Assembly (NCBI GenBank): GCA_963809325.1
Contig: CAWEIZ010000002.1
Location: forward strand, 609,745-673,744
DNA from: an uncultured Actinomycetes bacterium
Lineage (GTDB): Bacteria > Actinomycetota > Thermoleophilia > Gaiellales > JAICJC01
DNA: 64,000 bases
Reading direction: 5' to 3'
Shown here: positions 19,527 to 29,188 of the stretch, one piece after another
Numbering within the stretch: position 1 is the stretch's first letter
Layout: every line of letters starts with the position of its first letter
Program-made: the position numbers and the translations under genes
The notes under the pieces: generated by a model
The model's database searches: none
What the model saw: the letters and a program-made list of their open reading frames with translations, nothing else
Told to the model about the DNA's origin: nothing

Positions 19527-19994
19527 GTGCTCGCGCCCGGCGACCGCGTCCCCGACGTCACGCTCATCGGCAACGAACTCGAGCCGGTGCGGCTCGTCGA
19601 GTTCGCCCGCGAGGGGCCGCTCCTGCTCGCCTTCTATCTGTACGACTGGACCGGCACCTGACGAAACGAGCTTCGGCTCCTGCGTGACAGGAGCGCGGTG
19701 TTCGGAGTCGCCGGCGTCCGCATCGCCGCCGTCTCGCGCGACAGCCCGTACTCCCACAAGAAGTGGGCCGAGCAGCAGTGGCTCGACTATCCGCTCCTCT
19801 CCGACTGGACCGGCGAGGCGGTGCGCGCGTTCGGCGTCGCGCAGGACCTCGACGGCCTGGTCGACACGCCCGTGCGGAGCTGCTTCCTGATCGACGGCGA
19901 GGCCGTGATCCGGGGCGCATGGCGCTACGGCGACGACGAGGTGCCGGACGTCGAGGAGCTGGCCAGGGCCGCGGTCTCGCTGGGAAATGGGTAG
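19527..19994 (+). CDS. AhpE/Bcp-like 1-Cys peroxiredoxin with an in-frame TGA (19659-19661) at the peroxidatic Cys position; candidate selenoprotein, or a nonsense pseudogene
   Basis: One frame reads ...LLLAFYLYDWTGT[TGA]RNELRLLRDRSAVFGVAGVRIAAVSRDSPYSHKKWAEQQWLDYPLLSDW...CFLIDGEAVIRGA. From memory this aligns colinearly with M. tuberculosis AhpE (FFPLAFTGICQGELDQLRD). Confidence 0.6.
19676..19694 (+). other. SECIS-like hairpin GCUCCUG-CGUGA-CAGGAGC, starting 14 nt downstream of the in-frame UGA
   Basis: Perfect 7-bp stem, 5-nt loop with G at the second loop position. An overlapping alternative hairpin, GAGC-UUCG-GCUC, lies at 19668-19679. Confidence 0.4.
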
Positions 19995-20021
19995 TGGTGG
20001 TGCTACCCTCGGGCTCGGGCC

Positions 20022-20834
20022 ATGTCAAGCGATAACGGGAAAGTTCAGCGCGTTCCGCGGAAGGTGTACGAGAAGGAGCTCGCACGCCTCCAGCTGGAGC
20101 TGGCCCGCATGCAGTACTGGGTGCGCGACGAGGGCGTCCGCGTGGTGGTCGTCTGCGAGGGCCGCGACGCCGCCGGCAAGGGCAGCACGATCAAGCGGAT
20201 GATGGAGCGGCTCAACCCCCGCCACGCGCGCATCGCGGCGCTGCCGGCGCCGACCGACCGCGAGCAGACGCAGTGGTACTTCCAGCGGTACGCGGCGCAT
20301 CTCCCCTCGGCGGGCGAAATCGTCGTCTTCGACCGCAGCTGGTACAACCGGGCCGGGGTGGAACGGGTGCTCGGGTTCTGCACTCCGGCGCAGCACCAGC
20401 TCTTTCTGCGCCAGTGCCCGACGTTCGAGCGGATGCTGATCGAGGACGGCATCCTCCTCACGAAGTACTGGTTCTCGGTGTCGGACGAGGAGCAGCTCAA
20501 GCGCTTCCAGGAGCGGATCAAGGACGAGCGGAAGCGCTGGAAGCTCTCGCCGATGGACCTCGAGTCCCGCAGCCACTACGTCGACTACTCGCGCGCGAAG
20601 GACGAGATGTTCGTGCACACCGACCTCCCGGAGTCGCCCTGGTTCGTGGTGGAGGCCGACGACAAGCGGCGCGCCCGCCTGAACTGCATCAGCCACTTCC
20701 TGAGCCGGATCCCGTACCAGGATCGGACGCCCGAGCCGGTCGAGCTTCCCCACCGTCAGGCGGAGGACGGCTACCGGCGGCCGGATCGCGTGACGCAGCG
20801 CTACGTGCCTGACCACGTGGCCGCGCTCGACTGA
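20022..20834 (+). CDS. ppk2: polyphosphate kinase 2
   Basis: VVVVCEGRDAAGKGSTIKRMMERLNPR...FDRSWYNRAGVERV...WFSVSDEEQLKRFQERIKDERKRWKLSPMD. Confidence 0.9.
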   Translation: MSSDNGKVQRVPRKVYEKELARLQLELARMQYWVRDEGVRVVVVCEGRDAAGKGSTIKRMMERLNPRHARIAALPAPTDREQTQWYFQRYAAHLPSAGEIVVFDRSWYNRAGVERVLGFCTPAQHQLFLRQCPTFERMLIEDGILLTKYWFSVSDEEQLKRFQERIKDERKRWKLSPMDLESRSHYVDYSRAKDEMFVHTDLPESPWFVVEADDKRRARLNCISHFLSRIPYQDRTPEPVELPHRQAEDGYRRPDRVTQRYVPDHVAALD

Positions 20835-21012
20835 TCCCCGCGATCCCGAGGCGCCCTGTGCTCGGATCGCCCGGCCGGGTGATTCGCGCCCGGCGCCTGC
20901 CGGTGACTATGAGAGTGAGGTCGCTCGCACTCGGGGCGACACGCGCTCCGTTCCAGGCTCTCCAGGCACCGGCTCCGGTGCCGGCTCCAGGTATGAGACG
21001 AGGTGGTGATCG

Positions 21013-21294
21013 ATGCCAGGCCCGACCGATCTCGTGAAGGACGTCCTCGCGCGCGCCCTGATCGCCGCTGACATCAACCCGGGGTTCTCCACCCTCACCT
21101 CGATTCGCACGGTGGCGGCGGGTCTCATTCCCGACGACGCGCTGGCGCTCAGCGTCATCGGTCAGGCGCGAGAGATCGTCCAGGGGACGGCAGAGCGCCT
21201 CTACGACGAGCCGCTCCACGTCGCCGAGCAGCGCTATACCAATGCCACTCTGCGCATCCTCCAGGCCGCCGTCTGGAGAACGAGCGAGGCCTGA
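21013..21294 (+). CDS. hypothetical protein
   Basis: ATG preceded by GAGGTGG; 93 aa; I recognise no homology; sits in a region of somewhat lower GC. Confidence 0.4.
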   Translation: MPGPTDLVKDVLARALIAADINPGFSTLTSIRTVAAGLIPDDALALSVIGQAREIVQGTAERLYDEPLHVAEQRYTNATLRILQAAVWRTSEA

Positions 21295-21354
21295 CCTGGC
21301 CTGACGGGCCACAGCGGCCCCTCCGACAACGGCTCGTGGTGGGATCATCCCGGC

Positions 21355-22359
21355 ATGTCCCTGGCGCTCGCCGTGGCGTGCTCGCTCGCGTTCTCGCTGA
21401 CGAACGGGTTCCACGACGCCGCGAACGCGATCGCCACCCTGGTGGCGACGCGCGGCGCACGGCCCGGTCAGGCGGTGGCGCTCTCGGCCGTCTTCAACAT
21501 GCTCGGCGCGGTGCTCGTCGGCACGGCGGTGGCCGACACGATCGCGGGCATCGTCACCGTGCCGGCCGCGAGCGGCGTGGCGGTCATCGGCGCAGGGGTG
21601 CTGGCCGCCACGATCTGGAACGTCGTGACCTGGCGGCTCGGGCTCCCGTCGAGCTCCGGCCATGCGCTGGTCGGGGGCCTCGTGGGGGCGGCCGTCGCGA
21701 CGACGGGCCTCGACGGCATCAACTGGGGCGGGCTCGACGGCTGGCGTCCCGTCGGCGTGTTCGGCGTCCTGATCGCGCTCGCCGTGTCGCCGGTCATCGG
21801 TTTCGTGTTCGGGGCCCTGGCCGCCGGCGCCGCCCGCCTGATGCTGCGCAGGGGCACGCGCCGGCTGGCCGAGCCGGTGCGAGGTGGCGAGTGGGTCATG
21901 TCGGCGGCGCTCTCGTTCAGCCACGGAGCCAACGACGCCCAGAAGGCGATGGGGGTCACCGCGGCGCTCCTGGTCGCGGGTGGCCGCCTCGACACCCTGT
22001 CCGTCCCGCTCTGGGTCAAGGTCGCCTCGGGTGCGACGCTCACGCTCGGCACGGCGATGGGCGGGTGGAGGATCGTCCGCACGATCGGTCGGCGCATCTT
22101 CCATCTGCACCCGATCGACGGGTTCTCGAGCCAGACCGCCTCGACGGCCGTGATCCTGACGTCGTCCTTCGTTGGCGCGCCTGTTTCGACGACCCACGTC
22201 GTCGCCTCGTCGGTGGTCGGCGTCGGTGTCGGCCGGCGCCGGTGGCGCCATGTACGCTGGGCGGTGGTGCGCACGATGGGCTTCGCATGGATCGCGACGT
22301 TGCCGGTGGCCGCGGCGCTCGGCGCCGTGATCGGCCTGGTCTGGGACGGCGTGGCATGA
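21355..22359 (+). CDS. inorganic phosphate transporter, PiT family
   Basis: LTNGFHDAANAIATLVATR...SFSHGANDAQKAMG...; multi-TM. Confidence 0.9.
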   Translation: MSLALAVACSLAFSLTNGFHDAANAIATLVATRGARPGQAVALSAVFNMLGAVLVGTAVADTIAGIVTVPAASGVAVIGAGVLAATIWNVVTWRLGLPSSSGHALVGGLVGAAVATTGLDGINWGGLDGWRPVGVFGVLIALAVSPVIGFVFGALAAGAARLMLRRGTRRLAEPVRGGEWVMSAALSFSHGANDAQKAMGVTAALLVAGGRLDTLSVPLWVKVASGATLTLGTAMGGWRIVRTIGRRIFHLHPIDGFSSQTASTAVILTSSFVGAPVSTTHVVASSVVGVGVGRRRWRHVRWAVVRTMGFAWIATLPVAAALGAVIGLVWDGVA

Positions 22360-22967
22360 CCACGAAGCGGTGGTTCCTCCCACGCTCGCCCGACGTCCTG
22401 GGCGCGCTGCGCGCGCAGGCGGCCGCCACCGTCGACGGGCTCGACGCGCTCGCGGCCTGGGCCGCCGGCGAGCTTGCGGCCGCCGCCCGGGTGCGGGAGT
22501 GCGAGCACATCGCCGACGACCGCAAGCGCGACCTGCGCGCGGCGCTCTCGGAGGCGTTCTCGACTCCGCTCGAGCCGGAGGATCTGTTCCAGCTCTCGAC
22601 CGGCCTCGACCACGTGATGAACGGGGCGAAGAACATCGTCCGCGAGGCGGAGGTGATGGGGCGGGCGCCGGATCGGCCCATGGTCGAGCTGGCCGCGGCG
22701 CTCGCCGAGGGCACGCGTCACCTCTCGGACGCCTTCGCGGCGCTCGGCAACGGCGGCCTGCGCGCGACCGGTGCCGCCGACGCCGCGCTCGAGAGCCAGC
22801 GGCGCGTGGAGCGGATCTACCGGGCGGCGATGTCGGATCTTCTCGGGGTGGACGACCCGGACGAGGTCTCGGCCCGCCGCGAGCTCTACCGCCGGCTCGC
22901 GGCCGCGAGCGAGGCGCTGAAGGACGTCGCCGAGCGGGTCTGGTACTCGGTGCTCAAGGAGAGCTGA
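22356..22967 (+). CDS. DUF47 (PhoU-like) phosphate transport regulator-related protein
   Basis: ATGA overlap with the PiT gene; helical protein ...CEHIADDRKRDLRAALSEAFSTPLEPEDLFQLS...RRELYRRL...VAERVWYSVLKES. Confidence 0.75.
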   Translation: MTTKRWFLPRSPDVLGALRAQAAATVDGLDALAAWAAGELAAAARVRECEHIADDRKRDLRAALSEAFSTPLEPEDLFQLSTGLDHVMNGAKNIVREAEVMGRAPDRPMVELAAALAEGTRHLSDAFAALGNGGLRATGAADAALESQRRVERIYRAAMSDLLGVDDPDEVSARRELYRRLAAASEALKDVAERVWYSVLKES

Positions 22968-23007
22968 CGGCGGCCGAAGCTCCGGTGGCGCAAGACGCCC
23001 GGCCCCT

Positions 23008-23149
23008 GGGGTCAGACCCCGCATCGGCTGCCGTTGCTCCCGCGTGACGCTGGCGTTGCGGGCAGAGGTCGACGGCGGCCGGACGCGCGTACCGTTCGTC
23101 GCGCGCGTGTGTCAGAAGTGCCACCCCGACCGATGCGGGGTCTGACCCC
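23008..23149. repeat. 142-bp element bounded by a perfect 20-bp inverted repeat (GGGGTCAGACCCCGCATCGG / CCGATGCGGGGTCTGACCCC) between convergent genes
   Basis: Read directly: arms at 23008-23027 and 23130-23149; no ORF of note inside. Confidence 0.6.
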
Positions 23150-23157
23150 GTGCTTCG

Positions 23158-24137
<980 letters not shown>

Positions 24138-24141
<4 letters not shown>

Positions 24142-25160
24142 AGCGGCGCGCCTCCCGGCCACGGCGCGAAGAGGCAGCGCGCGGCCCGGTCGTCGCTCAC
24201 CGGGTGCATCTCGACCCGGCCGTGGACGCAGTCGGCCTGGGCGGCGTGGCAGCGCGGCGCGAAGCGGCAGCCGTCGTGCAGCGACGTGGGATCGGGCGGA
24301 ATGCCGGGGATGGCGGGCGCCAGCTCGCGCGGTCCGCCCACCGTCGGGAAGGCGCCCAGCAGGCGGCGCGTGTACGGGTGCTGCGGCTCGCCGAAGACCT
24401 CCGCGATCGACCCCGTCTCGGCGATCTCGCCGCCGTACATGATCGCCACGCGGTCGCACGTCTCGGCGAGCACCGACAGGTCGTGCGTGATCAGGATCAT
24501 CGAGAGCCCGAAGTCGGCCCGCAGCCGCTCGAGCAGCTCGAGGATCTGGGCCTGCATCATCACGTCGAGCGCGGTCGTCGGCTCGTCGCCGATGATCAGC
24601 TCGGGGTTGCAGGCGAGGGCGAGCGCGATCATCACCCGCTGGCGCATGCCGCCCGAGAACTCGTGCGGGTACTGGCGGGCCCGGGCCGGGTTGATGCCGA
24701 CGTAGCCGAAGAGCTCCTTGACGCGGGCGTCGACGGCCTTCTGATCGACGCCCGGTTCGTGCAGGCGGATCGCCGTGCCGATCTGGTCGGAGACGCGCAT
24801 CACGGGGTCGAGCGCGTTCATCGCCCCCTGGAAGACGATCGACACGGTGTTCCAGCGCAGGTCGCGCAGGCCCCGCTCGGTGCGCCGGTGGACGTGCATG
24901 ATCCCCCGCGTCGAGGCGATGTCCACCGTCCCCTCGGCGCGGTAGAGGTTCGTCGGGAGCAGGCCGAGCATGGCGAGCGCGGTCGTCGTCTTGCCGCATC
25001 CCGACTCGCCGGCCAGCCCGAGCGCCTCGCCGCGGCGGAGCTGGAACGTGACGCCGTCGATCAGGCGCACCTCCTCGCCGTCCCAAGCGCGGTAGGCGAC
25101 GGCCAGATCGCGCACGTCGAGCAGGACGTCGCTCGTGGCGGGAACGGGCTCCGCGGCCAT
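24138..25160 (-). CDS. ABC transporter ATP-binding protein (OppD/DppD type)
   Basis: GESGCGKTTT, FSGGMRQRVMIALAL, GDEPTTALD. Confidence 0.85.
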
Positions 25161-26111
25161 CTACTGGCGCTCCCGCAGGCGCGGGTTGATGATCTCCTCG
25201 ATCGCGTAGCCGACGAGGGTGAAGCCCATCACGAGGAGGCAGATGCAGAGGCCGGGCGGGATGAAGTACCACCACGCTCCGGCCGACACCGCCCCCGACT
25301 CGTTGGCGGTGTCGAGCATCGTGCCCCACGACGGGTGGGTGATGTCGCCGAGGCCGAGGAACGAGAGCGTCGACTCCGCGAGGATCGAGAGGGCGATGAT
25401 CAGCACGGTGTTGGCGAAGATCAGGGGCAGCACGTTCGGCAGGATCTGCTTCCGCAGGACCCAGAACGTCGACGCGCCGAGCGCGTGCGAGCGCTCCACG
25501 AACATCCGCTCCTTCACCGACAGCACCTGGCTTCGGATGATCCGCGACGTGCCCGCCCAGCCGGTCACGCCGATCACGAGGATCACGATCGAGAGCTTCC
25601 CGAACGGAAGGTCGCTGGCCCTCGGCCCGAGCAGCGACACGAGCACGATGGCGAGCGGCAGGAACGGGATCACCAGGAACCAGTCGTCGACGGCGGTCAG
25701 GCTGTTGTCGATCCAGCCGCCGAAGAACCCGGCCGAGATCCCGATGATCCCGCCGATCACGGCCGAGACGAGCGCTGCCGAGATGCCGACGATCATCGAG
25801 ATCCGCGTGCCGAGGATGAGCAGCGAGAGCACGTCGCGCCCGTTCTCCTCGGTGCCGAGCAGGTGGGCCGACGACGGCGCGGCGAGGATGTGCTCCGAGT
25901 AGGACGAGGACGCGGCCGGATCCTGCGGGGCGATCAGCGGGCCGAAGATCGCGATGCACGTGAAGAAGACGAGGATGAAGAGGCCGACCGTGCCGCTCTT
26001 GCTCCCGCACAGGAGGCGGATGGAATGCGCCGTCCCTGCGGCCATGCGGCCGAAGAAGCCGCGCTCGGCGGGTAGCTCGGCCCGTTCGGCGGTGGGGCTC
26101 TCGGCGCTCAC
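25161..26111 (-). CDS. ABC transporter permease (OppC/DppC type)
   Basis: GTVGLFILVFFTCIAIFGPLIAPQDP...LLGTEENGRDVLS...; GTGA overlap with the upstream permease. Confidence 0.85.
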   Translation of the reverse strand: MSAESPTAERAELPAERGFFGRMAAGTAHSIRLLCGSKSGTVGLFILVFFTCIAIFGPLIAPQDPAASSSYSEHILAAPSSAHLLGTEENGRDVLSLLILGTRISMIVGISAALVSAVIGGIIGISAGFFGGWIDNSLTAVDDWFLVIPFLPLAIVLVSLLGPRASDLPFGKLSIVILVIGVTGWAGTSRIIRSQVLSVKERMFVERSHALGASTFWVLRKQILPNVLPLIFANTVLIIALSILAESTLSFLGLGDITHPSWGTMLDTANESGAVSAGAWWYFIPPGLCICLLVMGFTLVGYAIEEIINPRLRERQ

Positions 26112-27067
26112 GACGTCCGCACCCGCGGGTCGAGGTAGGTGTAGGCGAGGTCGGCGATCAGGTTCGCGATGATCACCCCGGCCGACGCGACCAGGAAGAC
26201 CCCCTGCATGACGGGATAGTCCTTGTTCAGGATGGCGTTGTACGACAGCAGGCCCATCCCCGGCCACGAGAAGAGGGTCTCGACGACCGTCGCTCCCGAG
26301 ACCACGAACCCGAGGGTGATCGCCGAGAGCGCAACGACGGGCAGGATCGCGTTCCGGGTGGCCCGCCGGAGGACGCGATGCCTGGGGAGGCCGATCGCGC
26401 GGGCCGTCGTCACGAAGTCCTCGCCCATCACGTCGGCGAGCGACGAGCGCATGATCACGACGTACTGGCCGATGATCCCGATCGTGAGCGTGATGATCGG
26501 GAGCGTCGCGTGCTGGATGACGTTCCACGTGTAGCCGAGCGTCGAGAACGACGCACCGGGCTCCGACTTCTGGCCCGTTGGGAAGAGCCCGACCTCCACG
26601 GCGAAGAACCAGATCAGCACCATGCCTGCCCAGAAGTCGGGCATCGCATAGAAGAAGAGCGACGTCTGCACCACGCCGGTGTCGCCTGGTGAGCCGCGGT
26701 TCGCGGCGGCGTAGATGCCGAGCCACGACCCGATGAACGTGGCGAGGAGCGTCGAGATCCCGACCAGGATCAGCGTGTTCGGCAGCGCCGCCCACATCAT
26801 CGTCGAGACGGGCTGGTTGGTCTGGAAGCTCGTGCCGAAGTCGCCGTGCAGGGTGTCGTCGACGTAGATCCGAAACTGCGTCAGGTACCCCTGGTCGAGC
26901 CCGCGCTGGTGGATCAGGCGCTCGCGGCCGGCCTCGCTCAGCCGCGGGTTGCCGCGGATCAGGTCGTTCTTGGGGTTGCCGGCGATGCGGAACAGGAAGA
27001 AGTTGAAGACGAGGACGAAGACGAGCGTCCCGAGCGCGACGGCGATCTTCTTGAGGACAGGCTTCAC
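26108..27067 (-). CDS. ABC transporter permease (OppB/DppB type)
   Basis: VKPVLKKIAVALGTLVFVLVFNFFLFRIAGNP...TARAIGLPRHRVLRRATRNA...; GTGA overlap with the SBP gene. Confidence 0.85.
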   Translation of the reverse strand: MKPVLKKIAVALGTLVFVLVFNFFLFRIAGNPKNDLIRGNPRLSEAGRERLIHQRGLDQGYLTQFRIYVDDTLHGDFGTSFQTNQPVSTMMWAALPNTLILVGISTLLATFIGSWLGIYAAANRGSPGDTGVVQTSLFFYAMPDFWAGMVLIWFFAVEVGLFPTGQKSEPGASFSTLGYTWNVIQHATLPIITLTIGIIGQYVVIMRSSLADVMGEDFVTTARAIGLPRHRVLRRATRNAILPVVALSAITLGFVVSGATVVETLFSWPGMGLLSYNAILNKDYPVMQGVFLVASAGVIIANLIADLAYTYLDPRVRTS

Positions 27068-28971
27068 CTGGCCCGCGCTCCCGTCGCCCCGGGATCGGGG
27101 AGCTCGAACGGCTGGCGCTCCTCGCGCCGCCGGCGCACGTAGCCGACGGTGCCGACGAGCGCGGTCGTCCCGACCATGAACGCGATAACCCACGGCGTGC
27201 CGGCGTAGCTCGTGCTCGCCTTGGCGCCCGGCTCGATCAGCTGGAGCTGGATCCAGCTCACGCCGAACGGCTGGCCGATCGGCTGCGGCGAGGACTGGTA
27301 GTTCGTCCACGTGTCGGTCCGCGTGACCGACATGTACGGCCCGAAGTCGTAGATGATGTACGGCGAGGCGGCGAGCTCGATCCGCTCGGCCTGGTGCAGC
27401 AGATCGACCCGCTTCTTCGGATCGGGCTCCGTGAGCGCCGCCTTCGTGAGCGCGGTGTACTTCTGGTCGCACCAGAACGAGTCCGACGACGGGTTCCCGC
27501 ACGCCAGCACCTCGAAGTCGTAGTCGGGCGTCGTCAGGTCGCCGAACCACCCCCAGATGAAGGCGTCGAACGTGGGCTCGTACTTGTCGGCGTCGGCGGG
27601 AGCCTTGGAGCTGGTCGGGTTGTAGATCTTGGCGTTGAGCGCGTCCTCGGTGATGGTGTCGAGGTTGATCTTGATCCCGACGTCGGCCGCCCACGCCTTG
27701 ATCCGCAGGCCCACGTTCTGCTGCTGGGAGTCCGACGAGCGCAGGTCGAGCGTGAACTCAGCCTTCGTGCCGTCCTTCGTACAGATGCCGTCCGAGCCGA
27801 CGGGCGGGCACTTCCAGCCGCCCTGCTCGAGCACCTGATGGGCCTTCGCCGGGTCGTACGTGTAGCCGATCTCCGGGTCGCCGGCGTACGAGGTGAAGTA
27901 GCCGCGGCTCTTGTAGTACGAGGAGATGATCCCCGTCCCCGGCGTGTAGAGGCCGTTGTAGACGATCCGTGCCAGGGCGCCGCGGTCGATTGCCCAGCTG
28001 AGCGCCTGGCGGATCGCCTGGTCCTGGACGACCGTGACATTCACGTTCTTCCCGGGGCCGGTGCAGGTCGGCGACCCCTGAAGCGGGCACGAGTTCATCG
28101 CGATCTCGTCGAAGCCCGGCGCGGGCGACGCCCACATCTTGGCGTGCTGCTGCTTTCGGAGCTGGACGGCCCACGTCGTCTTGCCCGTGTTGATCGCGTC
28201 GACCTGCCCGAGCTCGAGGTCGCGCAGGGCGGCGTCGTCGTCCTGGTACTTGATGAGGAGCATGCGCTTGATGTGCCCGGGGTGCCCGTAGAAGTACGGA
28301 TTCGGCTTGAGAACGATCGTGCCCTGCGGGTCGAGCGACGTGACGGTGAACGCACCGCTTCCGACCATGGGGCAGCACGGGTTGAACTTCGTGAGGTGGG
28401 CCGGCGTGTCGGCGTGGGGGGCCCAGATGTGCTCCGGGACGATCGGGACGAACCCGGTCAGGAAGCGGGCGTCGTAGCGGGACAGCACCATCCGCACGGT
28501 CGTCGGGTTGAGCGCCGTCACGCTCTTCATGTTTTCGGTATAGGTCGAGTTGACGTTCGAGTCGGCGGCGTGCTCGTACGAGAAGACGACGTCGTCCGCG
28601 GTGAACGGCTTGCCGTCGCTCCAGCGCATTCCGGACCGCAGGTGGAACGTGTACGTGAGGCCGTCGGGCGAGATCGTGTACGACCTGGTCGGCGAGTTCA
28701 CGAGGTCGGGCCCGCCGTCCTTCAGGTTGTAGTTCAGGAGGGTGTCGTAGACCTCGGTGAAGATGAAGTACGGCGTCGCGTCGAACGACGCGAAGACGTT
28801 CGCCTGGAAGTCGACCGCGTCGGAGAACGCCATCCTCCAGTCGGTCGACTTCTCTCCGGCGGCGGCGGATTGAGGCGAGACCGCCGGGCCGGCGAGGGCA
28901 CAGACGACGAGGGCGGTCGCGAGGACCAGCATCTGCCCGATCCTCTTACCGCCGCGTGGTCTGTCAGCCAT
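27064..28971 (-). CDS. ABC transporter substrate-binding protein (family 5) with an N-terminal signal sequence and an extra C-terminal TM anchor
   Basis: MADRPRGGKRIGQMLVLATALVVCALAG...; family-5 SBP body; C-terminus ...GTPWVIAFMVGTTALVGTVGYVRRRREE... Confidence 0.8.
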   Translation of the reverse strand: MADRPRGGKRIGQMLVLATALVVCALAGPAVSPQSAAAGEKSTDWRMAFSDAVDFQANVFASFDATPYFIFTEVYDTLLNYNLKDGGPDLVNSPTRSYTISPDGLTYTFHLRSGMRWSDGKPFTADDVVFSYEHAADSNVNSTYTENMKSVTALNPTTVRMVLSRYDARFLTGFVPIVPEHIWAPHADTPAHLTKFNPCCPMVGSGAFTVTSLDPQGTIVLKPNPYFYGHPGHIKRMLLIKYQDDDAALRDLELGQVDAINTGKTTWAVQLRKQQHAKMWASPAPGFDEIAMNSCPLQGSPTCTGPGKNVNVTVVQDQAIRQALSWAIDRGALARIVYNGLYTPGTGIISSYYKSRGYFTSYAGDPEIGYTYDPAKAHQVLEQGGWKCPPVGSDGICTKDGTKAEFTLDLRSSDSQQQNVGLRIKAWAADVGIKINLDTITEDALNAKIYNPTSSKAPADADKYEPTFDAFIWGWFGDLTTPDYDFEVLACGNPSSDSFWCDQKYTALTKAALTEPDPKKRVDLLHQAERIELAASPYIIYDFGPYMSVTRTDTWTNYQSSPQPIGQPFGVSWIQLQLIEPGAKASTSYAGTPWVIAFMVGTTALVGTVGYVRRRREERQPFELPDPGATGARAR

Positions 28972-29188
28972 CCGGCCAGATTCGAGCACACTGTCCAATG
29001 CCGCGTCAAGAGAGACGTGTTCCCGTTCCTCGAAACGGGAATACCTGGAACGAGACAACCGTTAGATGTAGTGGATGGAGCCGTGGGGCTTGCGAAAGCC
29101 CCCGACGCCCGGCTCCTTCCGGGTCTGACACAACTACCCCCAGCGTCCGGGACCCGGTCGGGTTGCGCGGACGCCATGCACCAAGAGG

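Noticed and set aside
19527-19994. Treating the peroxiredoxin as two separate genes (19527-19661 and 19698-19994) or as a frameshifted gene.
   Set aside because: Both halves are in the same frame and align colinearly to one Prx domain, with the TGA exactly at the catalytic Cys. No frame change is needed. A plain nonsense mutation cannot be excluded and is stated as the alternative.
23008-23149. Calling the inverted-repeat element an IS element or MITE.
   Set aside because: It has no transposase, no flanking direct duplication and no second copy in the window. It is kept only as an unexplained repeat or hairpin.
29015-29040. The recurrent CGGGAA/TTCCCG hexamers as a regulatory word of their own. 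They include TTCCCGTT-N6-AACGGGAA upstream of the sigma factor gene and the boxes upstream of dyads A to C.
   Set aside because: At this base composition the hexamer is expected dozens of times per window by chance. Only the specific arrangement at 31604-31648 is reported.
29083-29100. The GGGGCTT-GCGA-AAGCCCC hairpin in the sigma factor leader as a riboswitch.
   Set aside because: It is a single short GNRA-type hairpin with no further conserved structure, and the evidence is insufficient.
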